From NCBI GenBank assembly GCA_977020255.1, contig CDROCS010002866.1, positions 248,001 through 312,000 of the forward strand: DNA of 64,000 nucleotides. The letters run 5' to 3'. The position numbers were made by a program, and so were the translations under genes. Source of the DNA: Obrimoposthia wandeli (lineage: Eukaryota). Below the pieces are notes generated by a model. That model worked only from the letters and a program-made list of their open reading frames with translations. It ran no database searches and was not told the origin of the DNA. Shown piece by piece: positions 1 through 10,590 of this stretch; position 1 is the stretch's first letter; the number at the start of each line of letters is the position of its first letter.

Positions 1-2
1 TG

Positions 3-137
3 TATGAGCTGTACGATGATAAAGCGGCCTTTGATGTGCACTTAGCGTCTAAGCATTTTGTAAATTTCGCATTTGAGACTCAAGAAATGGTGATGAACAA
101 AAAGTTGCACCTTTATTCAAAGGTCGTCCAGTACTGA
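3..137 (+). CDS. 3' end of a putative quinol monooxygenase / ABM-family protein (truncated by window edge)
   Basis: Manual translation YELYDDKAAFDVHLASKHF...VVQY* resembles the ABM-family YExYxDxxAFxxHxxxxHF motif; stop TGA at 135-137. Confidence 0.6.
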   Translation, partial: YELYDDKAAFDVHLASKHFVNFAFETQEMVMNKKLHLYSKVVQY

Positions 138-325
138 AAACGAGTACTAACGGCATCATATCTTGTCTGGGTCAATTAAAGCCTTAGACAGGAGAAAGCT
201 TGTTCCGACAATGAATTAATATCAACAAATACTAAGATGATGCGAGGTGACAATACGTGGAATTTCAGATCTCCTAACGATACCCACAGTTAACGTATTT
301 AACCTTTAGATTAGAGGAAAAATCA

Positions 326-1360
326 TTGAGTACGCAAAAAAAATTAAGAGTCGCTTGTGTTGGAACCGGTTACTTTAGCCAATTTCACTATGAAGCATGG
401 CAACGAATGGAAGACGTTGAAATCGTTGCTGTGTGCAATCGCGATATTAAAAGTGCAGAAGCCTTTGCTGAAGAGTATTCAATCGAGCAAAGCTTTAGCG
501 ATGTTAAAACAATGTTGGCAGAAATTGAAATTGATCTGCTAGACATAATTACACCGCCGATTACTCATCAAGCGGCAGTATCGGCAGCGATTGAATTTGG
601 TGTTAATGCTGTTTGTCAGAAACCTTTTGGCGAAAACTTAGCAGAGGCCGAAGCGTTGTGTGCAGCAGCGCAAACCGCAGGTATTGATCTGTGTATTCAC
701 GAAAACTTCCGTTTCATGCCGTGGATTAGGGAAATAGGTGCGATTATTCAACAGCAAACCTTAGGTGAGTTGATGAATGTTAGGTTTTCTTTGCGCACCG
801 GTGATGGACAAGGTAAGAATGCGTATTTAGCACGCCAACCTTATTTCCAACATATGCCAAAACTACTGATTCACGAAACAGGTGTTCATTATATAGATTG
901 CTTCCGTTTTATGTTGGGAGAACCTGAATCTTTATATGCCAGTTTAAAACGCTGTAATCCGGTGATTAAAGGTGAAGATGCAGGGCATATTCTTTTTGAG
1001 TACAAGCACGGATTAACCGCTGTCTTTGATGGCAACCGATTGTTAGACCATGCTTCCACCAATACCAGACGAACCTTCGGGGAAATGTCAGTTGAAGGTT
1101 CAAAGGGGAGTTTGAGATTGGATGGAGAGGCGAATATATTTATTCGCGCATTCGGTCAACAAACTGAACAATTACATCCATACGATTGGAACGATGAAGG
1201 CTTTGGTGGCGATTGTGTTTATCACTTAAATAGGCATGTCGCGGATCACTACTTGAAAGGTAGTGTGCTCGAAAATCGAGCGCAGGAGTATCTCAAAAAC
1301 ATCAAATTAGAAGAAGCTGTTTACTACTCAAATGAGCAAGGTCGTCGCGTAGATTTTTAA
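326..1360 (+). CDS. Gfo/Idh/MocA family NAD(P)-dependent oxidoreductase
   Basis: N-terminal Rossmann motif VACVGTGYFS, CQKPF motif, ENFRF, ETGVHYID. Confidence 0.9.
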   Translation: MSTQKKLRVACVGTGYFSQFHYEAWQRMEDVEIVAVCNRDIKSAEAFAEEYSIEQSFSDVKTMLAEIEIDLLDIITPPITHQAAVSAAIEFGVNAVCQKPFGENLAEAEALCAAAQTAGIDLCIHENFRFMPWIREIGAIIQQQTLGELMNVRFSLRTGDGQGKNAYLARQPYFQHMPKLLIHETGVHYIDCFRFMLGEPESLYASLKRCNPVIKGEDAGHILFEYKHGLTAVFDGNRLLDHASTNTRRTFGEMSVEGSKGSLRLDGEANIFIRAFGQQTEQLHPYDWNDEGFGGDCVYHLNRHVADHYLKGSVLENRAQEYLKNIKLEEAVYYSNEQGRRVDF

Positions 1361-1412
1361 GCAACGAACAGCGATTGAACGTAATAAGCACGTTATTGCT
1401 TAGGGAATTTAG

Positions 1413-2426
1413 ATGAATTTCAATAAAAAAAATATTACTTGGAAAGGCCAGTCGTTAGTTCGCCCAGAGTGTGTACTAGCAACGAAAGCGGGCTATTTAT
1501 ATGTGTCTGATTTTCGTGGCGGCGTAACAGAAATTTCCGCTAATGGAGAACAGCAATTTTTTGGTGGGCAGAAAGTTGAAGGTTTTGGTTTACTAAAACC
1601 CAATGGTATTGCGCTAATGGAAAACGGCGACTTTTTAATTGCTCATTTAGGCGACAGTGAAGGAGGGATTTTCCGTATTACTCGTGAAGGTCATTGCAGC
1701 GCTTTTATAACCGAAATTGATGGTAAACCGATACCACCAAGCAATTTTATTTACTTGGATCATCAAGGGCGTCTATGGATCACAGTGAGTACTCGTGTTA
1801 CTCCAAGAGCGGATGCCTATAGAAAAGATGTCGCTGACGGTTACATTGCCGTGATAGAAAACGGCAAAGCAAGAATTGTCGCTGATGGATTAGGTTATAC
1901 CAATGAAGTGTACGTTGATCCAGATGGTCAAAGTCTTTATGTGAATGCTACGTTTAGCCGTGAATTGATTAAATATAATTTAACAGCAAATGAGCAATAT
2001 ACAGATAGTACATTATCGAACCCTAAAGTATTGGCACGTTTTGGAGCGGGTACATTCCCAGACGGTTTAACTAGAGATCAGCAGGATAACTTTTGGGTGA
2101 CTAGCATTGTGAGCAACCGGGTGATTAAAGTGTCACCTACAGGCGAGCAGCAAATCGTTCTTGAAGATAACGATCCAAAACATATGGAATGGGTTGAAGA
2201 AGCGTTCCAAAAAGGTGAAATGGGTCGACCGCATTTAGATGATATTAAAAGCCAAAGTTTAAAAAGTACCTCTTCTCTAGCATTTAATGGCGAGACGTTA
2301 TCGACATTAAACTTAGGGTGCTTACTAGACAATAAAATTCCCAGTATCGAAAGCCAAAAAATATTACATGTTGATGTTTCAGGTGTCCCTCCCGCGCATT
2401 GGCATTTTGATAATAGCCGCCGCTAA
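1413..2426 (+). CDS. SMP-30/gluconolactonase/LRE family beta-propeller protein (putative lactonase)
   Basis: PE, PNG, SNF, YTNE and FPDG blade motifs typical of the family. Confidence 0.8.
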   Translation: MNFNKKNITWKGQSLVRPECVLATKAGYLYVSDFRGGVTEISANGEQQFFGGQKVEGFGLLKPNGIALMENGDFLIAHLGDSEGGIFRITREGHCSAFITEIDGKPIPPSNFIYLDHQGRLWITVSTRVTPRADAYRKDVADGYIAVIENGKARIVADGLGYTNEVYVDPDGQSLYVNATFSRELIKYNLTANEQYTDSTLSNPKVLARFGAGTFPDGLTRDQQDNFWVTSIVSNRVIKVSPTGEQQIVLEDNDPKHMEWVEEAFQKGEMGRPHLDDIKSQSLKSTSSLAFNGETLSTLNLGCLLDNKIPSIESQKILHVDVSGVPPAHWHFDNSRR

Positions 2427-2455
2427 ATTTAAAATAATGACAGACGAGTTAAGTT

Positions 2456-3541
2456 ATGAAAACGTTTAATATTGCAGTTTTGCCGGGTGACGGCATAGGA
2501 ACAGAAATAACACCTCCAGCAGTTGAGTTAGTAAAAGAAGCTGCACGCCAATGTGGAGTAGCACTAACATTTGATACATTAGAAGCAGGTGCACAGTATT
2601 ATTTAGATACAGGCAACGGTTTCCCAGAAGAAAATTTTGAAGTGGCTTCCAATGCCGATGCTATTTATTTAGCGGCGATGGGTTTACCTGATATTCGTTA
2701 CCCTGATGGTACAGAAGTAGGACCGCAACATGATTTGCGTAGAAGATTAAATTTGTATGCAGGGGTGCGCCCATGCAAAACGATGCCTAATTTACCGTTG
2801 CCATTGTCTGATTTGCGAAGCAAAGCGTTAGATTTTGTGATTGTTCGCGAATCAACTGAGGGGATTTTTGCAGAGCCTCGTGGTCATGCATTAGATACGG
2901 ATGATGCTGCACATAACCTTATTCGTGTCACTCGTGAAACATCAACAAAACTGTTTGATTACAGCTTTAAATTGGCCGAACGTCGTAAAAAACGTGGGAA
3001 AGCAGGCCTCGTGACCTGTTCAGATAAAGCCAATGTTTTATCTTCTCAATTCTTCTTTCGTAATGTTTTCTATGATGTTGCAAAAAACTATGCTGATAGC
3101 ATCCGAGCTGAACATCAGTACGTCGATGCAACTGCACTAGATTTAGTACGCTGTCCTTGGCGATATGATGTTGTTCCTACTGAGAATCAGTTCGGAGATA
3201 TTTTGTCAGATATTGCAGCTGCGTTAATGGGTGGAATGGGTATGTCATCATCCGGTGAAATTGGCGATAACAATGCAGTATTCCAGCCTTGTCACGGATC
3301 TGCACCAGATATTATGGGTCAGGGTAAAGCGAACCCAACAGGTATGATATTGTCTGGCGCTATCATGCTTGACTATTTAGGCGATAAATTTTCTTGTCCT
3401 GAATTAATTGAGGCATCAGCAAAACTAGAAGCTTCAGTGACTGCCGCTTACGGGACCGGACTACTACTTCCTTATGAGTTAGGCGGACAATCAGGTACTT
3501 ATGAAATTTCAGAATTGGTAGCTAAGAAGTTATCGATTTAA
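2456..3541 (+). CDS. Isocitrate/isopropylmalate/tartrate dehydrogenase family beta-decarboxylating dehydrogenase
   Basis: IAVLPGDGIG, VRESTEG, DKANV, NQFGDILSD and HGSAPDIMGQGKANP motifs; substrate not assignable. Confidence 0.88.
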   Translation: MKTFNIAVLPGDGIGTEITPPAVELVKEAARQCGVALTFDTLEAGAQYYLDTGNGFPEENFEVASNADAIYLAAMGLPDIRYPDGTEVGPQHDLRRRLNLYAGVRPCKTMPNLPLPLSDLRSKALDFVIVRESTEGIFAEPRGHALDTDDAAHNLIRVTRETSTKLFDYSFKLAERRKKRGKAGLVTCSDKANVLSSQFFFRNVFYDVAKNYADSIRAEHQYVDATALDLVRCPWRYDVVPTENQFGDILSDIAAALMGGMGMSSSGEIGDNNAVFQPCHGSAPDIMGQGKANPTGMILSGAIMLDYLGDKFSCPELIEASAKLEASVTAAYGTGLLLPYELGGQSGTYEISELVAKKLSI

Positions 3542-3631
3542 AGATGAAGGCCTGATTATAGGCTCTTTATAATATTGGTGACAAGGACGGCATTCAATTA
3601 AAGTTTTATGATTTTTAATAAGGTTATTTAT

Positions 3632-5482
3632 ATGAATTTTTTTCAAATGGGTTTTCAAACAAAACTTCGATTGGTAATGTTGTTAACTGTGGTCGGGTTT
3701 ACAATCGTCACGTACATCTCACTGTCATCGCTGCGTGATTTAGATGATGCTTCTGGTAAGGTGAGTAAACTCAACTCAGATGTAGCAGTGTTAAAAGACG
3801 TGCAGCTTCAAGTACTTTCTTTAAGCGGCAACCCGAATTTAGATTCCCTTCAGTCTCTTGCACAACAAGGGCAAGAAAGTCTCAATACTCTAATCGATAC
3901 ATTGCCCACCAAAGAAGCGATTCGTATAGAAACTATTAAAAACTCTTTAGTCGAATGGACAACTCTCAGACAAGCTTGGTTAAAACATCAAGATGTCATC
4001 GGTGCTGATATTCAGTCAGGCTTACGCGCCGAAGTGGAAAAAGCAGCTGAAAATCTAAAGAGTGGTTTATTTTCAAGCTTTTCCAAGGATTTCGGTATAT
4101 TAAAGAATAAGATTAATGTTTTTATCGATCAGCGCGGCGAACCACAACTTGCAGAGGTGACTGCCGCGGTGAAACTGCTGAATGATAACTCTAAAGACAT
4201 GGGACTTGAAGATAATGTCATTCCAAAATTAACGATATTAGACGATGTTATTACTCAAATTAGTAAAGCGATGTTCGAACAACAAAATGTCGCCCAAGAA
4301 ACAAGCTTATCTTATCAGAAGTTAGAACAGGTGATAGCTGAAGAGAGTGAAGGCTTTTCCGTGCAACTGAGCCAAGCACAAAATAATTCTGAGCTAGCCA
4401 GCTCAGAATCTAAATTCGAAGTATTGATCATTAGCATTGTTGTTGCCTCTATCGTGATGTTAATACTACTCAGTGTTAGTCACTCAGTTGTATCGTCTCT
4501 ATCTACAATGTCTAAAGTTTTGAAACAGCTATCGGGAGGAGATTTAACAAAACGTTTAACCGTTAATGTTGCAAGAAATGATGAATTGGACCAAGTAAGT
4601 AATGCCGTCAATGATATGGCTACTGCACTGAACAATGTATTGGTTAAAGTTGCGAAGAGTAGTGCTGATTTAGACAATGGGGCATTGAGCTTAAGGGATA
4701 ATTTAACATCAATGGTCTCCAGTAATGCGAGTACCAATGAACAGACGACCAATGTCGCATCTGCCATCGAGGAAGTTAGTTCGACAATGATCTCAATGTT
4801 GGAGTCCACCAATGAGGCATTACTTCAATCGCAAAGTGCTCAAAATTCGGCAGATGAAGGTGATATTGTTATTACTAATGCGGCGAGTAGTATGGTAAAG
4901 CTTACGTCTGTATTCGATGATTTAAACAATCAAGCGAATAATTTAGAGAAAGCTTCTGAGAAAATTGATAATGTCACTGATATGATTAATAGCCTCGCCG
5001 GTCAAACAAACCTACTTGCGTTAAATGCAGCAATTGAAGCGGCTCGAGCTGGTGAAGCAGGTCGTGGATTTTCAGTAGTTGCCGATGAAGTACGCTCATT
5101 AGCTGAACAAACGGTGAAAGCGACTCAAGATATCGATGATATTATTCGTTCGATGCACGATAGTATTAAATCTTTAGTTCAAGCGATGGAACAAGGTACG
5201 AGTTACGTCGTCACGGGAAGGGAACATGGTGAAGGCGCTGCTGAAGCAATTAGTAAAATTAAAGTGTTAGTGCATCAGGTAACTGGTAAAAACCAAGAGT
5301 TGACAGCTAATATTTCCGAGGCGTCTGACGCGACAGGTATTATTGCCCAAAGTATTGATAGTCTTGCAAGTAATGTGGAGAGCAATACACAACAAAGCTT
5401 AGAAGTGCAGAGCTATGTTGAGGAAGTCAGCAATAATGCTAGCGAATTGATGACTATGACTAAGCAGTTTACGTTTAAATAA
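3632..5482 (+). CDS. Methyl-accepting chemotaxis protein (2 TM, periplasmic sensor, HAMP, signalling domain)
   Basis: [31 protein letters not shown] signature; ORF track starts at 3608, ATG 3632 preferred. Confidence 0.95.
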   Translation: MNFFQMGFQTKLRLVMLLTVVGFTIVTYISLSSLRDLDDASGKVSKLNSDVAVLKDVQLQVLSLSGNPNLDSLQSLAQQGQESLNTLIDTLPTKEAIRIETIKNSLVEWTTLRQAWLKHQDVIGADIQSGLRAEVEKAAENLKSGLFSSFSKDFGILKNKINVFIDQRGEPQLAEVTAAVKLLNDNSKDMGLEDNVIPKLTILDDVITQISKAMFEQQNVAQETSLSYQKLEQVIAEESEGFSVQLSQAQNNSELASSESKFEVLIISIVVASIVMLILLSVSHSVVSSLSTMSKVLKQLSGGDLTKRLTVNVARNDELDQVSNAVNDMATALNNVLVKVAKSSADLDNGALSLRDNLTSMVSSNASTNEQTTNVASAIEEVSSTMISMLESTNEALLQSQSAQNSADEGDIVITNAASSMVKLTSVFDDLNNQANNLEKASEKIDNVTDMINSLAGQTNLLALNAAIEAARAGEAGRGFSVVADEVRSLAEQTVKATQDIDDIIRSMHDSIKSLVQAMEQGTSYVVTGREHGEGAAEAISKIKVLVHQVTGKNQELTANISEASDATGIIAQSIDSLASNVESNTQQSLEVQSYVEEVSNNASELMTMTKQFTFK

Positions 5483-5578
5483 CTATTGATTGGGTTATTA
5501 GCACAATCTGACACAATATAAACGAACACGTTGCCGTCTAAGTCTTCACAAAGAGGCAGCTAGTTAGTGCTTTTAGAG

Positions 5579-5925
5579 AGTTGTATCGCAAAGTTTTCCG
5601 AGTTGCTATAGAATATCTAATTTTATTGGTGAATTGCATAATTGATCGATTTTCAAGGGATGTGCTGTCCAAAAAAATCATCCTTTATGCAGCTTTCTGC
5701 TGCGCTAGATGTGCCATTTCTTATCGTGTTCTAGTGAGGATAATGTCTACCTGGCTACTCATAATCGACGGCTCGTGAGGCCCACACCCGTTGGAATAGC
5801 AAACAACAAACGGAAAAACACTTCTACGTTATCGCGTTAATGATGAAGCGTTTATTATCAAAGTAAAAGGGCCAAGTTTTTACTCGCTATAGAGCTACTG
5901 TCAAGTACGGCACTATTTTTGTTCG
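5579..5925 (+). pseudogene. Decayed IS6-family element: left-end-like sequence plus N-terminal half of transposase
   Basis: AGTTGTATCGCAAA (5579-5592) resembles IS6 ends. Translations IILYAAFCCARCAISYRVLVRIMS, RVNDEAFIIKVKG and YRATVKYGTIF resemble IS6 Tnp motifs (VILxAVxxYxRYxxSYRDLxEIM, RMDETYIKVKG, YRAVDKxGxTIDF), with frameshifts. Confidence 0.65.
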
Positions 5926-5969
5926 TAAATAAACCTTCTGTTAAAACTTTTTAATTTTTAGGGTTAGTA

Positions 5970-7775
5970 ATGATATTTGAAAAAGAAACTGATAACACCT
6001 ATATTATTTTTATGATTTTAGGTCTCTTTCCTTGGGGAGGTTATGCGTATTATCATTTTAAACACGGAGTATCCGATGTCGTTTGGTTCTGTATCTTTAA
6101 TCTTTTAATACTTTTTTTTTGCATTATTACAACATATCTCCAAGGATTTAAAAATTACCATAAAGAAATATTAACTTATTCTTTTGGGTTAGGAGTTGTG
6201 TACATTTCTTATTATTTTGATGTAAGGGGTATTGTTTATATTTATCCCTTCATAATAATAATGTATTACGGATACTCTGCCAATAAGGCTTTTGTTATAA
6301 CTTTAATTTTTTCTTTAGCCTCTCTATATGCTGTTAGTTTTAACCAAGTCACACGTATAGTTATTGGATTATGTGTTAGTATTTCTATAACGATTATAGC
6401 TTCGTACTTGTATTCAAAAATAATTAAAATGAATGAACAAAAGCTAACTGCCGATGCCAATAAAGACTATTTAACGGGCATTGGAAATAGAAGAAGTATC
6501 ATACACTGGATTAAATACCAGTTTAAGCATCTACAGCCTAATGAATCGCTAGTTGTGTATTATGTGGATATTGATAATTTCAAACATGTTAATGATACTT
6601 ATGGGCATAATATCGGCGATTTAGTTTTAATAGAAATCAGTAAAAAACTGATTAATTTTTTAGAGCAATCGAAACATAGTACTACGTTAAAGGACAGCAT
6701 TGCTTCTCGGATGGCGGGCGATGAATTCGTCCTCGCTATTAAAACATTCGATGGAAGCTATAATATTACTGCTGGTGTAAATCAGATTTTAACGTTGATA
6801 AATACACCGATTTATGTGGAGCGTAAAAAGTTTATTATTAGCGCTTGTATTGGTGTATCAACGGCTAATAATCGAGATTTTAAGCCGTTAAGCCTAATTA
6901 GAGATGCAGACCGGGCAATGTTTAAAGCTAAAAAATTAGGAAGTAATTTAATTGAATATTTTGGCGAAAAATTAGCTAGTGAAATTGCAATGAAAAATGA
7001 AATTATTATCGCTTTAGATCATGCGATAGAAAAGAAAACATTCTTTTTAAACTTCATGCCTGTTTATAATATCAGCGAGATGGTAGGTGTTGAAATCTTG
7101 ATCAGAAGTGCCGATATTACCTTAACTAAATGTGGACCTGATAAATATATTCCAATCGCTGAAGAAACAGGGCTTATATCTAAAATTGATTTAATCGTAA
7201 TTGAAAAAGCATTCATTGAAATTAAAACCTTATTACCTACTATTAAAAACAAGGAATTCTTTTTTGCTATAAACATATCCGCACTTGAACTGATCTCTGA
7301 TATCTTCATAAATAAAGTATTAAAGTTAACAGATAAATATAAAATACCGCCAGAAATAATAGAGTTTGAAATCACCGAAACTAGTTTAATAGATCGAGAA
7401 GAAACAACAATAAAAACTTTAGAATTTTTGAAGAGTAAAGGTTATAAATTATCACTAGATGATTTTGGAACCGGCTACACTGCTTTCAGTCAACTGCAAG
7501 ATTACCCTGTGGATACATTGAAAATTGACCGTAGCTTTGTAAATAGTATTAATATAAATAAAGACAATAATAACTCTATGGTAGAGGTGATTCTTTTACT
7601 AGCTAATTTATATGGATTGAATGTAATTGCTGAAGGTGTTGAAGAAGAGTTTCAATTAGATTACTTGAAGTCTCTCGGCTGTACATTATTCCAAGGGTAT
7701 CTTCTATCAAAACCTATAAGTATCGATGAGTTTAAACTAAAACTGGTTGCGTCTCAAAATATGCATATAACTTAA
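5970..7775 (+). CDS. Membrane-anchored diguanylate cyclase/phosphodiesterase (GGDEF-EAL)
   Basis: Hydrophobic N-terminus, DYLTGIGNRR, DIDNFKHVNDTYGHNIGD, AGDEF variant, EIL, DDFGTGY, LKIDRSF, IAEGVE; visibly more AT-rich than neighbours. Confidence 0.92.
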   Translation: MIFEKETDNTYIIFMILGLFPWGGYAYYHFKHGVSDVVWFCIFNLLILFFCIITTYLQGFKNYHKEILTYSFGLGVVYISYYFDVRGIVYIYPFIIIMYYGYSANKAFVITLIFSLASLYAVSFNQVTRIVIGLCVSISITIIASYLYSKIIKMNEQKLTADANKDYLTGIGNRRSIIHWIKYQFKHLQPNESLVVYYVDIDNFKHVNDTYGHNIGDLVLIEISKKLINFLEQSKHSTTLKDSIASRMAGDEFVLAIKTFDGSYNITAGVNQILTLINTPIYVERKKFIISACIGVSTANNRDFKPLSLIRDADRAMFKAKKLGSNLIEYFGEKLASEIAMKNEIIIALDHAIEKKTFFLNFMPVYNISEMVGVEILIRSADITLTKCGPDKYIPIAEETGLISKIDLIVIEKAFIEIKTLLPTIKNKEFFFAINISALELISDIFINKVLKLTDKYKIPPEIIEFEITETSLIDREETTIKTLEFLKSKGYKLSLDDFGTGYTAFSQLQDYPVDTLKIDRSFVNSININKDNNNSMVEVILLLANLYGLNVIAEGVEEEFQLDYLKSLGCTLFQGYLLSKPISIDEFKLKLVASQNMHIT

Positions 7776-7984
7776 AAATACTAATCAATGAAATCACTTA
7801 TACAGTGAATTCATTCTTACTTTTAAGTAGTTCTTTAGAATTATGCTTTCAACCTAAAGCACGACTATTATATCAAAATGAAAGGCTTTTCATAGAAAGC
7901 GGGTTATTGCTATCAGGAACCATTGACATGAGGGCGCTTCAACGGGTTTTTGATCAATCGTTATACGAGTGTTACAAGAACTTA

Positions 7985-8340
7985 ACTGATGAACGACACC
8001 GCAACTAGGCTCTTTAAGCACTCTATAGAAAAGAATGGTTGGTCGGATAAAGTTATCATCTATAAAACAGGTGCTAATTATGAGGGCTTTATAAATATCA
8101 ACACAATAGTATTTTTACAGGGTTAACATGTTTTTTTGATATACTCCAAGTCAAATATTTGAACAGCATAGCCGAGTAGGGTCATCATTTCACTATGAAA
8201 ATAACGAAGCCGATGATGAATTTATGTCATTACATTCAGCGTGCACAAATCTCCCTTGTATTGAACTGGTCGTATGAATCGAAAGAAACAGTTTAAAAGT
8301 AGCGATCCAACCGCTTACGACAGTTTTTGTAACTCGCTCC
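7985..8340 (+). pseudogene. Decayed IS6-family element: C-terminal half of transposase and weak right-end-like sequence
   Basis: Translations RLFKHSIEKNGWSDKVIIYKTGANYEG, ILQVKYLNSIAE*GHHFTMKITKPMM and MNRKKQ resemble the IS6 Tnp C-terminus (KVxIDKSGAN, QVKYLNNIVEQDHRFIKxITxPMxGF, MxRKxQ). Confidence 0.7.
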
Positions 8341-8546
8341 ATAATATAGTTTAGCGATTAGTGTTTTGCGTAATATGCAAAGTTTGCAGCTCTATCACTG
8401 TTTTAAGCTACGCTGCTTAAAAAATAACTGGTAGTTCTGGGAGAATAACCGATTAGAGTTTTACTAGAATATATCGTGGATGAAGGGCTCAGACTATTAT
8501 TCGCGTAGACTAAGCATAATCTATAACTCAGCTTTGTATTAAGTAA

Positions 8547-9221
8547 TTATTGATTCAATAATTCTAACAAGCTAGTCAACTCATCTGATGCTCTTGAGCG
8601 ATGCATTGAGTTGATTTTAATTGCCGCTTCAAGGTCTTGTTTTTTTAATGCATCAATTACTTCACGGTGCTCTTGCGACGACCGCACAGGAGGTTTACGA
8701 ATGCGCAACGTTAACATACGCGCACGGTTGGTTTTTTCCCAGTAACTGTTTACCAAACTTATTAGTTCTGAATTATTTGATAAGCCTACTAAAATCTGAT
8801 GAAAGAGTGTGTCATTTTCAGCCCAAGCATCCAAGTCTGCACTTTCAACAGCCACCATCATGTTATCTACTACTTCCTCTAACTCAGTGATTTTTTTATC
8901 ACTCACACCTTGCTGACACGCTATTGATATTGCAGCAGTTTCAAGCCATGACAACACTTGATAAATCTCTGCCATCTCGGGAGCCAAAATTGGTTTGATG
9001 AATATGCCGCGTCGAGGTACTATTTCAACCAAACCTTCTTGTTCTAGGCGAATTGCCGCTTCACGAAGAGGAGTTCTGGAGGAGCCTAATTGCTCTGCCA
9101 ATTGCCCCTCTAAATAGTAACGCCCCACCTTTAATTCGTCTGCCAATACCATCCGACGAAAACTTTGAAAAACCTGATTTGATAGTTTAGATTTTTTATC
9201 CATAGTATGAGACCTTTTCAA
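8547..9221 (-). CDS. GntR family (FadR/FCD subfamily) transcriptional regulator
   Basis: wHTH LAEQLGSSRTPLREA...PRRG followed by FCD domain; possible start at 9203. Confidence 0.92.
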   Translation of the reverse strand: MKRSHTMDKKSKLSNQVFQSFRRMVLADELKVGRYYLEGQLAEQLGSSRTPLREAAIRLEQEGLVEIVPRRGIFIKPILAPEMAEIYQVLSWLETAAISIACQQGVSDKKITELEEVVDNMMVAVESADLDAWAENDTLFHQILVGLSNNSELISLVNSYWEKTNRARMLTLRIRKPPVRSSQEHREVIDALKKQDLEAAIKINSMHRSRASDELTSLLELLNQ

Positions 9222-9254
9222 ATATTGCTATTTTCCAAAAAATTATGTATTTTA

Positions 9255-9268
9255 TAATGTATACATTA
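9255..9268. promoter_or_regulatory. Putative GntR/FadR operator
   Basis: Perfect palindrome TAATGTATACATTA between divergent gntR and otnK; fits the TnGTATACnA-type GntR consensus. Confidence 0.55.
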
Positions 9269-9310
9269 AATCTAGTATTAAAAAATTATAACACATTATG
9301 GAGTAACCCT

Positions 9311-10573
9311 ATGTCTGAATTACGCATTGGCTGTGTAGCTGATGATTTTACCGGTGCCAGCGACATGGCCTCTTTTCTTGTAAAAGGAGGACTCAATACT
9401 GAAATCTATGACGGAATACCGGATAAAAATTGGAAACCTTCAGCGAACACCCAAGCACTGGTAATTGCTTTAAAATCGAGAACGGAGCCTACAGAACAGG
9501 CAGTAGAGCAATCACTAGCATGCTTTACATGGCTTTTTACCGAACTTAAAGTCAAACAATTGTACTTTAAATACTGTTCCACATTTGATTCCACCAAGGA
9601 GGGTAATATCGGGCCTGTTATCGATGCCGTTTTAAGTGCTCTCAATTTAGATAACGCTATTATTAGTCCAGCTTTACCGATTAACGGACGTACAGTCTAT
9701 CAAGGCCACTTGTTTGTCAATGGTATCCCGCTCGAGCATTCTAGTATGCGTGATCACCCTCTGACACCGATGAAAAACTCTAATATTTTACAGCTTATTG
9801 AACAACAAGGCCAAGGAAAGGCTATTTCAATCAACCACGAATCATTAGAGAAAGGCGCCGTATCAGTTAAGAATCAGCTGCCTAAACTGAAAGTTTACCA
9901 GTATCTTGTACTGGATCATTTCAATGATTCACATGCACAAACTATAGCGGATACTTTTGCCAATCATCCATTTTTATCCGGTAGCTCTGGCTTAGCTGAA
10001 CCTTTAGCGAAAATACATAGTAATAATAACACGAAGAACACGCCATTATCGATATCATCGGGTAGCGCACCCACTTTGATTTTAGCCGGCAGCTGCTCTG
10101 TCGCCACTCGAGAGCAAATAGATATTTTTTCAAAAAAATACCCTAGCTATAAAATAGATCCTAGCCAGTTAGCAAGCGCTGAAGTGACCAGTGAAAGTAT
10201 ATGGCAATGGGTACAAAGCCAACAGGGAAAACCTTGCTTAATTTATAGCTCCGACAAACCAGAAGTGGTGTCTAAACTTCAAAATAATATTGGTAATAAT
10301 GTTGCGCAACTCCTAGAGCAAGTGTTTGCAAAAATAGCTACAAAGGCAGTCGCTTGCGGGGTATTCAGATTAATAGTAGCCGGTGGCGAAACCTCTGGCG
10401 CAGTAATTCAAGCACTCGGGCATAAAAACTTTTTTGTCGGACCTTCCATTGCTCCAGGCGTACCTATAATCCAACCTAGAGAATTTCCGGAACTGTTGTT
10501 AACGCTTAAGTCAGGTAACTTTGGCGATAGTCAGTTTTTCTTGAAAGCTCTTAATATAATGAACATAGAATAA
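9311..10573 (+). CDS. otnK: 3-oxo-tetronate kinase (four-carbon acid sugar kinase family)
   Basis: IGCVADDFTGASD, ALKSRT, YFKYCSTFDST, GNIGPV, AGGETSG, LKSGNFG; GGAG RBS before ATG 9311. Confidence 0.88.
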   Translation: MSELRIGCVADDFTGASDMASFLVKGGLNTEIYDGIPDKNWKPSANTQALVIALKSRTEPTEQAVEQSLACFTWLFTELKVKQLYFKYCSTFDSTKEGNIGPVIDAVLSALNLDNAIISPALPINGRTVYQGHLFVNGIPLEHSSMRDHPLTPMKNSNILQLIEQQGQGKAISINHESLEKGAVSVKNQLPKLKVYQYLVLDHFNDSHAQTIADTFANHPFLSGSSGLAEPLAKIHSNNNTKNTPLSISSGSAPTLILAGSCSVATREQIDIFSKKYPSYKIDPSQLASAEVTSESIWQWVQSQQGKPCLIYSSDKPEVVSKLQNNIGNNVAQLLEQVFAKIATKAVACGVFRLIVAGGETSGAVIQALGHKNFFVGPSIAPGVPIIQPREFPELLLTLKSGNFGDSQFFLKALNIMNIE

Positions 10574-10590
10574 CATACAGAGGTTAAACA

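Noticed and set aside
5581-5778. 65-aa ORF as an independent gene
   Set aside because: Its recognisable part is the decayed IS6 transposase N-terminus
7805-8008. 67-aa ORF
   Set aside because: No motif; it runs into the IS6 remnant. The origin of 7776-7980 is unresolved
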